The notes: a model not told the origin generated them from the letters alone. A DNA stretch of 64,000 bases from Kiritimatiellota bacterium (GCA_013151865.1 JAADHN010000166.1:2792-66791), one strand, 5' to 3'. Numbered from the stretch's first letter, positions 35,162 through 44,251 are shown. Made by a program: numbers and translations.

Positions 35162-36609
35162 GAAACAGTACAATTGAGAACCTTGTCCTGAGCTGGGGCG
35201 CTTTGGCGCTGTTCTGCCTTGCTGCACCTTTTGGGGTCGGTCTCACCGAGATGGTAGTGGCTCCCTTGGAACGCAACGTGGTCGGGAGCGGCGAGATTCG
35301 AGCCCGGGAAGCGGCGGCGGCACTGGTCGAACCGCTTCTGCTCGAGGACAGACTGACTATGCAGGACCGGCTGCTCCGCCTCGCCCGGACATGTCCGGAC
35401 TTTCTGTATGTTTTTGTTGTTTCGGGGGCCCCCAGCCCCGGCCGTCGCATCGCGGCTTACGGCAGGTGTCCGACCACGTCGGGTCAACTCATGCTTTCGG
35501 GGCTCGGCAGGATTGCCCGTTTCCGATCTTCTGCGGGTCTGGTGCTGGACATTCGTGCGGACATCCTGGGGGGTCAGCTCGGACAACTGCACCTGGGTCT
35601 GTCCCGGGCGGCCCTCCAGGCTGCGGAGAATCGGGCTGCGACCACTTTGAGTATAGGTCTTGCCATGGCTTTCCTCTGCCTGGTCACCGGGGTGCAAATC
35701 GTGACGCGAAAAGTCTCTCTGCCACTTCGTCGCCTCGGGGAGATGATGTCCCTGTATCCGGGCGCCCCCGTCCCTCGGCCCGGGACCGAGGTATCCGGTT
35801 CGCCGGAAGTCGATTCTCTCGCGACTCAACTGCAGGGAATGATCGACCGGCTCGAAACGTTGGAAGCCGAGCGCACGGCCACGCAGCAACGGATGTTGCA
35901 TACGGAACGACTTGCCGCATTGGGTGAACTCGCGGCGGGTCTGGTCCACGAACTCCGCAATCCGGTGGACGGGATGCTGGAATGTGTCTCGTTTGTGGCG
36001 GAGGCCCCCGACCGTCCGGAGCGGGTGGCCAAGTATCTGCCGTTGGTCGGCGAAGGATTGGAGCGGGTTTCGAGCACGTTGAACGGCATGCTGGGTTTCA
36101 TTCGGTCCAGTGAAGACCTGAGCATTCGTGCCTGTCAGGTCCGCGAAGTCCTGCGGGAGCTGGAGCCGCTGATTCAGGCGCGCCAGGAACACCGCCGGAT
36201 CGATATTTCCATCCAAACCTGCGCCCAGTGCTCCTGCCTGTGCTCTGTGGATGCTCTGCTGCAAGTCTGCCTCAACCTGGTCCTGAATGCGTTCGATGCG
36301 CTCGACGGGGTCCCCGGCCCGCGAATCCGCATCGACGCGAGGTGCGACAACGCCTGGGTGTACCTGTGCGTCGCGGACAATGGCCCCGGCGTCCCGGAGG
36401 ATTTGCGCAGCAAGGTATTTGCGCCTTTTTTTACCACCAAGGTTCAGGGACGGGGGACGGGGCTTGGCCTGTCGGTGTCGCGCGAACTTGTCCGCGCCGG
36501 CGGCGGCGAATTGCTGCTGGTCTCCGATTCGGGGCCGTTGCCCGGAGCGTGTTTTCAGGTGAAGCTCGTGCGAAGCGACCGCGCGGTCCCTGCCGACGGG
36601 AGGTTGTGA
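35152..36609 (+). CDS. sensor histidine kinase (two TM segments, HAMP-like linker, HisKA, HATPase_c)
   Basis: H-box ERLAALGELAAGLVHELRNP. N/G boxes LNLVLNAFDAL, VADNGPGVPEDLRSKVFAPFFTTK, GTGLGLSVS. Confidence 0.85.
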   Translation: MALRNSTIENLVLSWGALALFCLAAPFGVGLTEMVVAPLERNVVGSGEIRAREAAAALVEPLLLEDRLTMQDRLLRLARTCPDFLYVFVVSGAPSPGRRIAAYGRCPTTSGQLMLSGLGRIARFRSSAGLVLDIRADILGGQLGQLHLGLSRAALQAAENRAATTLSIGLAMAFLCLVTGVQIVTRKVSLPLRRLGEMMSLYPGAPVPRPGTEVSGSPEVDSLATQLQGMIDRLETLEAERTATQQRMLHTERLAALGELAAGLVHELRNPVDGMLECVSFVAEAPDRPERVAKYLPLVGEGLERVSSTLNGMLGFIRSSEDLSIRACQVREVLRELEPLIQARQEHRRIDISIQTCAQCSCLCSVDALLQVCLNLVLNAFDALDGVPGPRIRIDARCDNAWVYLCVADNGPGVPEDLRSKVFAPFFTTKVQGRGTGLGLSVSRELVRAGGGELLLVSDSGPLPGACFQVKLVRSDRAVPADGRL

Positions 36610-38069
36610 TGTCGAAGGCGCGCATATTGATTGTGGACGACGAACGGATCAAACGGACCGTGCTCGTCGACCGATTGAACGAGGCCGGCTACGACACTGT
36701 TGCGGCCGAGAATCCCTGCAAAGCGGCACCGATCCTGGCCAAGACGGTTTTCGACGTGGTCATCACCGACCTGCGCATGCCCGGCCAAGACGGTCTTTCG
36801 TTCTTGCGCGAACTGCGAGAACGCCGTCCTGAGCAGGTGGTGATCGTCGTTACCGCGTACGGATCGGTGGAATCCGCGGTGGAAGCCATGAAGCTGGGGG
36901 CATTCGACTACATCCAAAAACCGTTTGCCGCCGAAGAGCTTGCTCTGAAAATCAGCCGTGCGCTCAGGTTGCGCCGGTTGGAACAGGAAAACGAAGCGCT
37001 GCGGAATCGGCTGGCTTCGACATCTCCCACGCCTTCGATGGTGGGAAAGTCCCAGGCGATCCGGGAAGTCCTTCTGGCGATCCATGCGGTAGCCCCTACC
37101 GAGACAACTGTTTTGGTGGAAGGGGAAAGCGGGGTGGGCAAGGAACTGGTGGCACGCACGATCCATGCCTGTTCTCTCCGTTCGGACGGGCCCTTCGTGG
37201 CGGTGTCCTGCGCCGCGCTGCCGGCGACCATCGTCGAGTCCGAATTGTTCGGTCACGAAGCGGGTTCGTTTACCGGCGCGCGTCGTCGTCGCGCCGGCCG
37301 GTTCGAAATGGCTTCCGGGGGGACTTTGTTCCTGGACGATGTGGACGATACGCCTCTGGAGGTGCAGGTCAAGCTCTTGCGCGTGCTCCAGGAAAAACGG
37401 TTCGAGAGAGTGGGGGGTGAACAATCGGTCAAGGCCAACGTCCGGATCGTAGCCGCAACAAAGCACCCGCTTCAGCGTCTGGTGGCGACCGGCCGCTTCC
37501 GGGAGGACCTGTTCTACCGCCTGAATGTGGTTCCGGTGCGGGTCCCTCCTCTGCGGGAACGGGTCGAAGACATTCCCCTGTTGATGGAATACTTCCTCGA
37601 GCAAATCGGCAACCGGATGGGGAGACGCCCCCCGCGACTCACGTCCGAAGCCGTCGGAGTCTTGGTGAACTACTCCTGGCCCGGCAACGTGCGCCAGCTC
37701 GAACACTACCTCGAACGGCTCGTGGTGTTCAACTCGAAGCCCTTGTGCGACGTGCGGGAACTCCCGGATTTACCGCCGGCCAGTCTTCCGACCGACGTGT
37801 TTTCTTTCCGATCCCCCGGGACCGCCAGCATTGATCTTAACGCGACCCTGCGACAGATGGAGTCGCGGCTTCTGGATTGGGCCTTGAACCGTGCCGGCGG
37901 CAATCTCATGCGGGCAGCCAAAATGCTGGGCGTCCCGCGCAGCACGTTGCAGTATCGACTTTCCCGCCTTTCTTCCAAGAGTGGTGAGATCTCAGACAGC
38001 GAGACATCGCCGAATCTTTGGCAATCCGGCCAAGATCTCGTCAATCCGCCGGATCGGCCCGAGAGCTGA
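36609..38069 (+). CDS. sigma54-dependent response regulator (NtrC family: receiver + AAA+ + HTH)
   Basis: The ATG overlaps the kinase stop (GTGATG). Receiver ILIVDDE..VVITDLRMPGQDG. AAA+ Walker A VEGESGVGKELVA. GAFTGA-type loop GHEAGSFTGA. ESELFGHE-like, RFREDLFYRLNVV. C-terminal HTH AAKMLGVPRSTLQYRL. Confidence 0.9.
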   Translation: MSKARILIVDDERIKRTVLVDRLNEAGYDTVAAENPCKAAPILAKTVFDVVITDLRMPGQDGLSFLRELRERRPEQVVIVVTAYGSVESAVEAMKLGAFDYIQKPFAAEELALKISRALRLRRLEQENEALRNRLASTSPTPSMVGKSQAIREVLLAIHAVAPTETTVLVEGESGVGKELVARTIHACSLRSDGPFVAVSCAALPATIVESELFGHEAGSFTGARRRRAGRFEMASGGTLFLDDVDDTPLEVQVKLLRVLQEKRFERVGGEQSVKANVRIVAATKHPLQRLVATGRFREDLFYRLNVVPVRVPPLRERVEDIPLLMEYFLEQIGNRMGRRPPRLTSEAVGVLVNYSWPGNVRQLEHYLERLVVFNSKPLCDVRELPDLPPASLPTDVFSFRSPGTASIDLNATLRQMESRLLDWALNRAGGNLMRAAKMLGVPRSTLQYRLSRLSSKSGEISDSETSPNLWQSGQDLVNPPDRPES

Positions 38070-38183
38070 CGACCAACCACGTTCACCTCGAAAAACGGCG
38101 GTGCTCCCCCGAATCCCGGCAGACGCCGCCGGAGCAATACTTCATCCTCTGCCCCTGTACGTTGCACCTGCCTTCCACTGCAT

Positions 38184-38199
38184 TGGCACCATACCTGCA
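38184..38199 (+). promoter_or_regulatory. candidate sigma54 (-24/-12) promoter TGGCAC-CATAC-CTGCA
   Basis: TGGCAC at 38184-38189 and CTGC at 38195-38198 give the consensus GG-to-GC spacing of TGGCAC-N5-TTGC, with one mismatch (C for T). It lies 107 nt upstream of the FeS-subunit ATG and directly downstream of the sigma54 activator gene. Confidence 0.55.
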
Positions 38200-38305
38200 A
38201 TTCAACTTCGCCGATTCCTCGACACAAGTGAGGGAGTCTGTTCCCGGCAACTCCACCTTCAGGTATCGGCGTATTGGCATTCTCCAGCACGGAGGCTGTT
38301 GTGTG

Positions 38306-39247
38306 ATGCGAATTGACAAAGAGGACCTTCCCGTACCGGACCCGGAAGTCACAGCCGCAAATCGCGCGCAGAATGCCATCGAACGCGGGGATTTCCTCCG
38401 CAAAGCCGCCATGCTGGCGGCGGGGACGTGCAGCCTCGCGGTGGGCGCCGCTGCGACCGTCTCCCGCCGAGAAGCGCCCGCCCGTGTGCCGGCGCAGCCG
38501 GATGGAGCAGACTTGGACAATCCGCTCGAGCGTATGCGGCGCGAGTTGGAACGAGCCTTGCGGAAGCCGATGGAGGAGCGCAAGTGGGTCATGGTGATCG
38601 ACCGCCAGAAGTGCATTGGCTGCAAGGCCTGCACGGTCTCCTGCGCGGTCGAAAACGACCTTCCCCCGGGAGTTGTCTATCGCCCCGTCACCGAGGACGA
38701 GGTCGGGCAATTCCCTCATGTTCGCCGTGTTTTCCTCCCGCGTCCATGTATGCAATGCGAGAAACCGCCGTGCACGCCGGTGTGCCCGGTAACGGCCACG
38801 TACAGACGACCTGACGGCGTCGTGGTTGTCGATTATGACATCTGCATTGGGTGCAGGTACTGCCTTAATGCATGTCCGTACAACGCCCGAACCGCGGACT
38901 TCGGGGAATTCTTCACCGAACCTGCGGGGCGCGAGGCGGCCGGGCTGGTGGGAGAACCGGCCACGGCGTACGAGCATCGTGCGACGTTTGAATACGGAAA
39001 AAGCCGGCGCCGCGAGCATGGGAAGGAGCGTTCGCCCATGGGCAATGCCAGAAAGTGCCATTTCTGCCTTCACCGGGTGGAGAACGGCATGCTGCCGGCG
39101 TGTGTGGCCACGTGTCTCGGCGGGGCGACCCTGTTCGGAGACTACGGGGACCCTGCCAGCCTCGTGCACGAACTCGTGGGCAGCACGCGTGTGACCCGTC
39201 TCAAAGAGGACTTGGGTACCGAGCCTTCAGTGTTCTACCTGGCGTGA
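38306..39247 (+). CDS. 4Fe-4S dicluster (four-cluster) electron-transfer subunit of a molybdoenzyme, TtrB/PsrB/NrfC-like
   Basis: GGAGG at 38291. Four Cys groups: CIGCKACTVSC, CMQCEKPPCTPVCP, CIGCRYCLNACP, CHFCLHRVENGMLPACVATC. First gene of an FeS-anchor-Mo (B-C-A) operon. Confidence 0.85.
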   Translation: MRIDKEDLPVPDPEVTAANRAQNAIERGDFLRKAAMLAAGTCSLAVGAAATVSRREAPARVPAQPDGADLDNPLERMRRELERALRKPMEERKWVMVIDRQKCIGCKACTVSCAVENDLPPGVVYRPVTEDEVGQFPHVRRVFLPRPCMQCEKPPCTPVCPVTATYRRPDGVVVVDYDICIGCRYCLNACPYNARTADFGEFFTEPAGREAAGLVGEPATAYEHRATFEYGKSRRREHGKERSPMGNARKCHFCLHRVENGMLPACVATCLGGATLFGDYGDPASLVHELVGSTRVTRLKEDLGTEPSVFYLA

Positions 39248-39261
39248 GGAGTCGCGGCGTT

Positions 39262-40470
39262 ATGAAACCATTGGGTCGCAAGATCGCTTGGGGTGTTTGG
39301 CTGGCATTGGCTGCCTTTGGCACGTGGGGCGTCTATCTGCGCATGACTACGGGGCATCGGCTTGCCAATTACGGCAGTTATTTCCCTTGGGGATTATGGG
39401 TGGCGGTGTACGTCTATTTCAGCGGCATGTCTGCCGGCATCTTTCTGCTGTCGATGTTCGTTGCCGTATTCCGCATCCGCCCCCTCGCGAGGCTGGTCCG
39501 CCCGGGACTGTTTATCTCCGCAATCGCTCTTCTGGTGGCCCTGTTGTCCATCTCCTTCGATCTCGGGCACATGTTCCGCGCCCCCGAAGTGTTTTTGCGA
39601 CCCAATTTTCACTCCGTAATGACCTTGATGGCTTGGCTGTACGCCGCCTATTTTCCAATCATTCTGGTCGCGCTTTGGTTGGATCTGCGCGGCGATCCGT
39701 CGCTTCATGCCCAACGGGACGACGCGTCGGGCGGCCAGGCCCGCGAGCCGGCCCGACAACGGGGCGAACGCTGTTTGCGTTGCATCGGCTGGCTCGGCAT
39801 TCCCCTCGCCGTGGTGTTCTCGAGTGGGCTTGGCGGTCTTTTCGCCACGCTTCCAGCAAAGCCGTATTGGTACCAGTCTCTGTATCCTGTCCTTTTTCTG
39901 GTCGGCGCACTTTTGTCCGGAAGCGCTCTGATGTTGGCAGTGGTGTCGGCGGGGCAGCGTTTTCAGGACGAGGAAGGCGTGCGCTTGCGGCGGATTCTGG
40001 TTCGAATCGTTCTCGGGCTGTTGGCGTTCGACATCATTATCGAATCGGCCGAGATACTCGTCCCGATGTGGTATGCCGTCGGACCCGAGTACCATCTATA
40101 CAGGACCATCCTGTTCGGGCGGTTCGCCGTTCTGTTCTGGGTGGTTCACGTACTTTTTGGCATTGCAGTACCCCTCGTCCTTCTGATCGCCAAGCCCTGT
40201 TGCCGCTGGGCCGCCGCCGCAGCGGGCATATTGATCGCCGCCACTTTTCTGGCCGTGCGGCTGATTCTGATTCTGCCGGGCGAGATCACGCCCGAAATCA
40301 AAGGACTGCGCGAGGCCTACGCCGACCCGCGACTCTCTTTTTCGTACGTTCCGTCCACGTTTGAATGGGCTGTGGTCGCTTTTCTTATTGCTCTGGGTTG
40401 GGCCGTCTTCGTTTTGGGCAACCGCACCCGGCTCTTTCGGGACGCCGGAACGGTCCCGGACAAGGCTTGA
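39262..40470 (+). CDS. NrfD/PsrC-family integral membrane anchor subunit, TtrC-like
   Basis: Start MKPLGRKIAWGVWLALAAFGTWGVYLRMTTGHRLANYGSYFPWGLWVAVYVYFSGMSAG, the characteristic NrfD-family opening. Multiple hydrophobic helices follow throughout. Confidence 0.85.
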   Translation: MKPLGRKIAWGVWLALAAFGTWGVYLRMTTGHRLANYGSYFPWGLWVAVYVYFSGMSAGIFLLSMFVAVFRIRPLARLVRPGLFISAIALLVALLSISFDLGHMFRAPEVFLRPNFHSVMTLMAWLYAAYFPIILVALWLDLRGDPSLHAQRDDASGGQAREPARQRGERCLRCIGWLGIPLAVVFSSGLGGLFATLPAKPYWYQSLYPVLFLVGALLSGSALMLAVVSAGQRFQDEEGVRLRRILVRIVLGLLAFDIIIESAEILVPMWYAVGPEYHLYRTILFGRFAVLFWVVHVLFGIAVPLVLLIAKPCCRWAAAAAGILIAATFLAVRLILILPGEITPEIKGLREAYADPRLSFSYVPSTFEWAVVAFLIALGWAVFVLGNRTRLFRDAGTVPDKA

Positions 40471-40504
40471 GTCTGGAAGTCCCGAGAAGGAGAACCAACG
40501 GATT

Positions 40505-43500
40505 ATGAATCAGCCACGGCAAGAGAAACAGGCCGATGGCCTGAGCCGTCGTGAGTTCCTGGGCTCTTCGGCCTTTGTCGGCGGCATGGCGGCATTTGCT
40601 TCGCAACTGGTCGGTTGTCGCGCCTTCCGCGAAATGAACAGCGGGGCGATCGGCTCATATGCCCTGGCTGATCCGAAAAACACCCTGTACACCACCTGCC
40701 TCCAGTGTCATTTGGCCTGCCCGATCAAAGTCAGAGTCTGGGAAGGGACGCCCGCCAAATTGACCGGCAGCCCTTACAGCCCACAGAACTATCTGCCGCA
40801 CCTCCCCTACGAGACTTCCCCGGACCAGGCCGCGCCGGCGGACGGCAAACTGGACGTCAAAGGGCAAAGCGGGGTCCAGACCTACGGTGATCCGTACCGA
40901 CTCCGCCGTGTACTGAAGCGCCAGGGCCCTCGGGGATCGAACAAGTGGCGGGTCGTGGAATTCAACCAGTTCATCGAGGAAGTCGTCACCGGCGGCAAGC
41001 TGTTTGCCGAAATCGGAGACGAACGCCATTACCCCGGATTCGACGAGGTCTACGCCTTGCGCGACCGAGATTTGGCCCGGCGGATGGCCGCCGACGCCAA
41101 GAAGGTTGGGGCGGGAACGATGACGCTCGCCGCGTTCAAACAGCAGTACAGTGCGGACCTGGACAAGCTCATCGACCCGGACCACCCGGACCTCGGCCCC
41201 AAGAACAATGGGTTCGTTTTCCAAGCAGGCCGCATCGAGCACGGCCGCAAGGAATTGATGAAATGGTTCACCCATGACAGCTTCGGTTCGAACAACGCCT
41301 ACGAGCATACCACCATCTGCGAACAGTCACACCACATTGCCTTCAAGCAGATGACCGGCAAGACGCACATGAAGCCGGACCTCCTCAATTGCGAATTCGT
41401 CTTGTTCTGGGGGACCGGCGCCTTCAGCGCAAACTTCGGATTGACATGCATGGCGGAGAAAGTCACGACCGGAACAATCAGCGGACGTTTGAAAACGGCG
41501 GTTGTCGACCCGCGTCTTTCCAACGATGCCGGCAAGGCCGACTGGTGGCTGCCCGTCAAGCCCGGGGCGGATGGGGCCCTGGCACAATGGATGATCCGCT
41601 GGATACTTGAGAACAAACGATATGACGCGCGGTATCTCGCCAACGCGAACAAGGCCGCCGCCCAAGCCGACCATGAACCGACTTGGACCAATGCCACACA
41701 TTTGGTCAAAATCGTGGACGGGCATCCGTTGCAACGCATGACGGCTGCCGAAGCGGGGGTCGGTTCGGACAACGAGTTCGTCGTATCGCACCGCGGAAAG
41801 TTGCTCGCGGTGGCGGACGACCCCAAACGCCCCGTGGAAGGGGACCTCCTGGTCGACGCAACCGTCAACGGGACGAAAGTGAAGAGCGCATTCCAACTGT
41901 TGTGGGATGAAGCTTTCGGGCGTACCCCGGACCAGTATGCCCGGATAACCGGACTGCCGCCTCGCCTGGTCGAAGAGGTCGCCCGAGAGTTGACCAGTCA
42001 CGGCAAACGCGCCGCCGTGGACATGTATCGGGGCGCGGTGCAGCATACCGACGGCTTTCACACCGGCTGCGCAATCGTCACACTGAACATGCTGATCGGC
42101 AACTTTGATTGGAAAGGCGGGCTGCAGGTCGGCGGCGGCCACTGGCATGAATCGGGGGGCAAAGCGGCGAGCATTTACAACTTCAAGAAAATGCATCCCG
42201 CCAAGATGCCGAAGTTCGGCCCGCCGATTTCACGGGAAAAAAGCCGCTACGAAGACTCCAGCCTGTTTCGTGACGCCGGATATCCCGCCAAACGGCCCTG
42301 GTATCCCTTTACGGGCAATCTGTACCAGGAAATCATCCCGTCCTTCGCCCAAGGATACCCGTACAAAGGCCGGATTCTCTTCCTGCACAAAGGGACCCCG
42401 GCACTGGCCTCCCCCGCCGGAGACAAAGTGATCGGCATGTTGGAAGACCCCGCAAAAGTGCCGCTGTTCATCTCATCGGACATCGTCATCGGTGAAACCA
42501 CCATGTACGCCGATTACATCGTCCCGGACGTGACTTACTTCGAACGGTGGGCGACCCCTCACGCCACTCCCGACGTGCCCACCAAAACCAGTAAAGTGCG
42601 CCAACCTGTTGCCAAGCCCTTGACCGAAGAGGTGGAAGTCGACGGCGAACGCATGCCCCTCTGTTTGGAAACGTTTCTCATCGCGGTGGCCAAGAAACTG
42701 AACATGCCCGGATTCGGCCGGGGAGCATTTGTCGGTCACGGCGATTTCCATCGCAGCGAGGATTGGTTCCTCAAACTGGTCGCCAACATCGCCGTGGGGG
42801 ACAAGGCCGGCGAACGCGTTCCGGATGCCGACGACGCGGAATTGGCGCTCTTCCGCCAAGCACGGCGGCACTTGCCCCCAAGCGTATTCGACGAAACCAA
42901 ATGGAAGCGCGCCGTTTTGCCTGAATTGTGGCGCAAGGTGGTCTATGTGCTCAACCGGGGCGGACGTTTCGCGAGTTTCGGGACAACCTACGACGGCGAA
43001 TACATGAAGAGCAGGTTCGGGAAGGCGGTCCACCTGTTCATGGACGACGTCGCCGGCCAACGCAACAGTCTGTCCGGGAAATTCTTCATTGGGTATCCGG
43101 CATATCGGGGCCAATACGATTCATCGGGCAAGCCCCTGGACGGCGAGGGCGCTTATTCGTTGGCGCTGATCACGTTCAAGGAGCCGATCGGCGGGCAATC
43201 GAGGACCATCTCCAACTACTGGGGCAACATCGCACTCAAGAACGAAAACGCTTTTGTGCTCAACCCGGTCGACGCACGTCGCCTCGGATTGGCGGACGGA
43301 CAACTCGCCCGGCTGCGGTCCACGGCGAACCCACAGGGCGTCGTGGATTTGGGGAACGGCGGACAAAAGGAGCTGGTCGCCAAAGTCGCCGTGAGCGAAG
43401 GCATCCGGCCCGGCGCCGTCGCGGTCAGCTGGCACTACGGACATTGGGCATACGGCTCCGCCGACGTTATCGTGAACGGCCGGCGGATTGTCGGCGATCG

Positions 43501-43642
43501 GCGGCGTGCCGCCGGCATTTGCCCGAACCACGCAATGGCCGTTGATCCAATCCTGAAGGATGTCTGCCTGACCGATCCCATCGGCGGCAGCGCCAGCTTC
43601 AACGACACATTCGTGACGTTGACTCCGGCGGTTTCATCGTAA
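40505..43642 (+). CDS. Tat-exported molybdopterin (bis-MGD) oxidoreductase catalytic subunit, tetrathionate reductase TtrA-like (~1045 aa)
   Basis: Tat signal LSRREFLGSSAFVGGMAAFA. N-terminal FeS motif CLQCHLACPIKVRV (CxxCxxxC). Strings that I recall as TtrA-like: IRWILENKRYDARYL, WTNATHLV, RPWYPF, GYPYKG, YADYIVPDVTYFERW, FLIAVAKKLNMPGFG. Its size and B-C-A gene order match the ttr operon rather than psr/phs. Confidence 0.85.
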   Translation: MNQPRQEKQADGLSRREFLGSSAFVGGMAAFASQLVGCRAFREMNSGAIGSYALADPKNTLYTTCLQCHLACPIKVRVWEGTPAKLTGSPYSPQNYLPHLPYETSPDQAAPADGKLDVKGQSGVQTYGDPYRLRRVLKRQGPRGSNKWRVVEFNQFIEEVVTGGKLFAEIGDERHYPGFDEVYALRDRDLARRMAADAKKVGAGTMTLAAFKQQYSADLDKLIDPDHPDLGPKNNGFVFQAGRIEHGRKELMKWFTHDSFGSNNAYEHTTICEQSHHIAFKQMTGKTHMKPDLLNCEFVLFWGTGAFSANFGLTCMAEKVTTGTISGRLKTAVVDPRLSNDAGKADWWLPVKPGADGALAQWMIRWILENKRYDARYLANANKAAAQADHEPTWTNATHLVKIVDGHPLQRMTAAEAGVGSDNEFVVSHRGKLLAVADDPKRPVEGDLLVDATVNGTKVKSAFQLLWDEAFGRTPDQYARITGLPPRLVEEVARELTSHGKRAAVDMYRGAVQHTDGFHTGCAIVTLNMLIGNFDWKGGLQVGGGHWHESGGKAASIYNFKKMHPAKMPKFGPPISREKSRYEDSSLFRDAGYPAKRPWYPFTGNLYQEIIPSFAQGYPYKGRILFLHKGTPALASPAGDKVIGMLEDPAKVPLFISSDIVIGETTMYADYIVPDVTYFERWATPHATPDVPTKTSKVRQPVAKPLTEEVEVDGERMPLCLETFLIAVAKKLNMPGFGRGAFVGHGDFHRSEDWFLKLVANIAVGDKAGERVPDADDAELALFRQARRHLPPSVFDETKWKRAVLPELWRKVVYVLNRGGRFASFGTTYDGEYMKSRFGKAVHLFMDDVAGQRNSLSGKFFIGYPAYRGQYDSSGKPLDGEGAYSLALITFKEPIGGQSRTISNYWGNIALKNENAFVLNPVDARRLGLADGQLARLRSTANPQGVVDLGNGGQKELVAKVAVSEGIRPGAVAVSWHYGHWAYGSADVIVNGRRIVGDRRRAAGICPNHAMAVDPILKDVCLTDPIGGSASFNDTFVTLTPAVSS

Positions 43643-43795
43643 GTTCCTGTATTCTCGGTCTCGATGCGCGCCCGATCAAAGGACTGCGACCTTCGCGCCG
43701 GTCCCGTTGACCGAGGCATTACAACGAGGTACTGTAGCGACCGTTGCAGAACGCCCCGGCTGCAAGCAGCTCAGTTCAACCAGGAACGCGACGCC

Positions 43796-44251
43796 ATGGC
43801 TTACATCCTGATAGTGGAAGACGACCAAGATTATGCCGATGCAGTATCAACCGTTTTGAGTGCGGAGAACCATGAGATCAGGATCCTCCGGGAGACCCAT
43901 ACCGTGATCGGCTCGATGCAGGAACGCCGGCCCGATCTGGTCATCCTCGATATCATGTTCCCCGAAGACGTCTCGGCCGGTTTTCGCCTGGCCCGGGCCA
44001 TCCACAACTTTCACTCGGAACTCGAAGATGTCCCGATTCTGCTTTTGACAGCGGTGAATGCCCGCTTTCCCTTGGGGTTCGGCCCGGGCGACATCGACGA
44101 GGTTTGGATGCCCGCGACCGACTTTCTCGAAAAACCCGTCGATTTCGACCTTCTCCGCGACAAAGTGAACGCCCTCCTGAGAGACCGAGCCGGGGCGCGG
44201 CACGCCGACCGGGACCTGACCGTGGAGAGCAGGCGGACAGGGAACCCGTAG
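43796..44251 (+). CDS. stand-alone response-regulator receiver domain protein
   Basis: MAYILIVEDDQDYADAV...RPDLVILDIMFP..(phospho-acceptor Asp context)..PILLLTA..FLEKP. No output domain. Confidence 0.8.
   Translation: MAYILIVEDDQDYADAVSTVLSAENHEIRILRETHTVIGSMQERRPDLVILDIMFPEDVSAGFRLARAIHNFHSELEDVPILLLTAVNARFPLGFGPGDIDEVWMPATDFLEKPVDFDLLRDKVNALLRDRAGARHADRDLTVESRRTGNP

Noticed and set aside
38275-38290. Second sigma54-like element TGGCAT-TCTCC-AGCA
   Set aside because: The GG-to-GC spacing is 11 rather than 12, the -12 region is poor, and it sits only ~18 nt from the ATG, overlapping the ribosome-binding region.
36555-39169. Minus-strand ORFs 36555-37706 (383 aa) and 37706-39169 (487 aa)
   Set aside because: They are antisense to the sigma54 activator and the FeS subunit, both of which carry unambiguous motifs. 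The same reasoning rejects 10687-12435, 31762-32847, 45131-46477, 49550-50860, 53594-55192, 58866-60422, 60982-62037 and 62603-63751.
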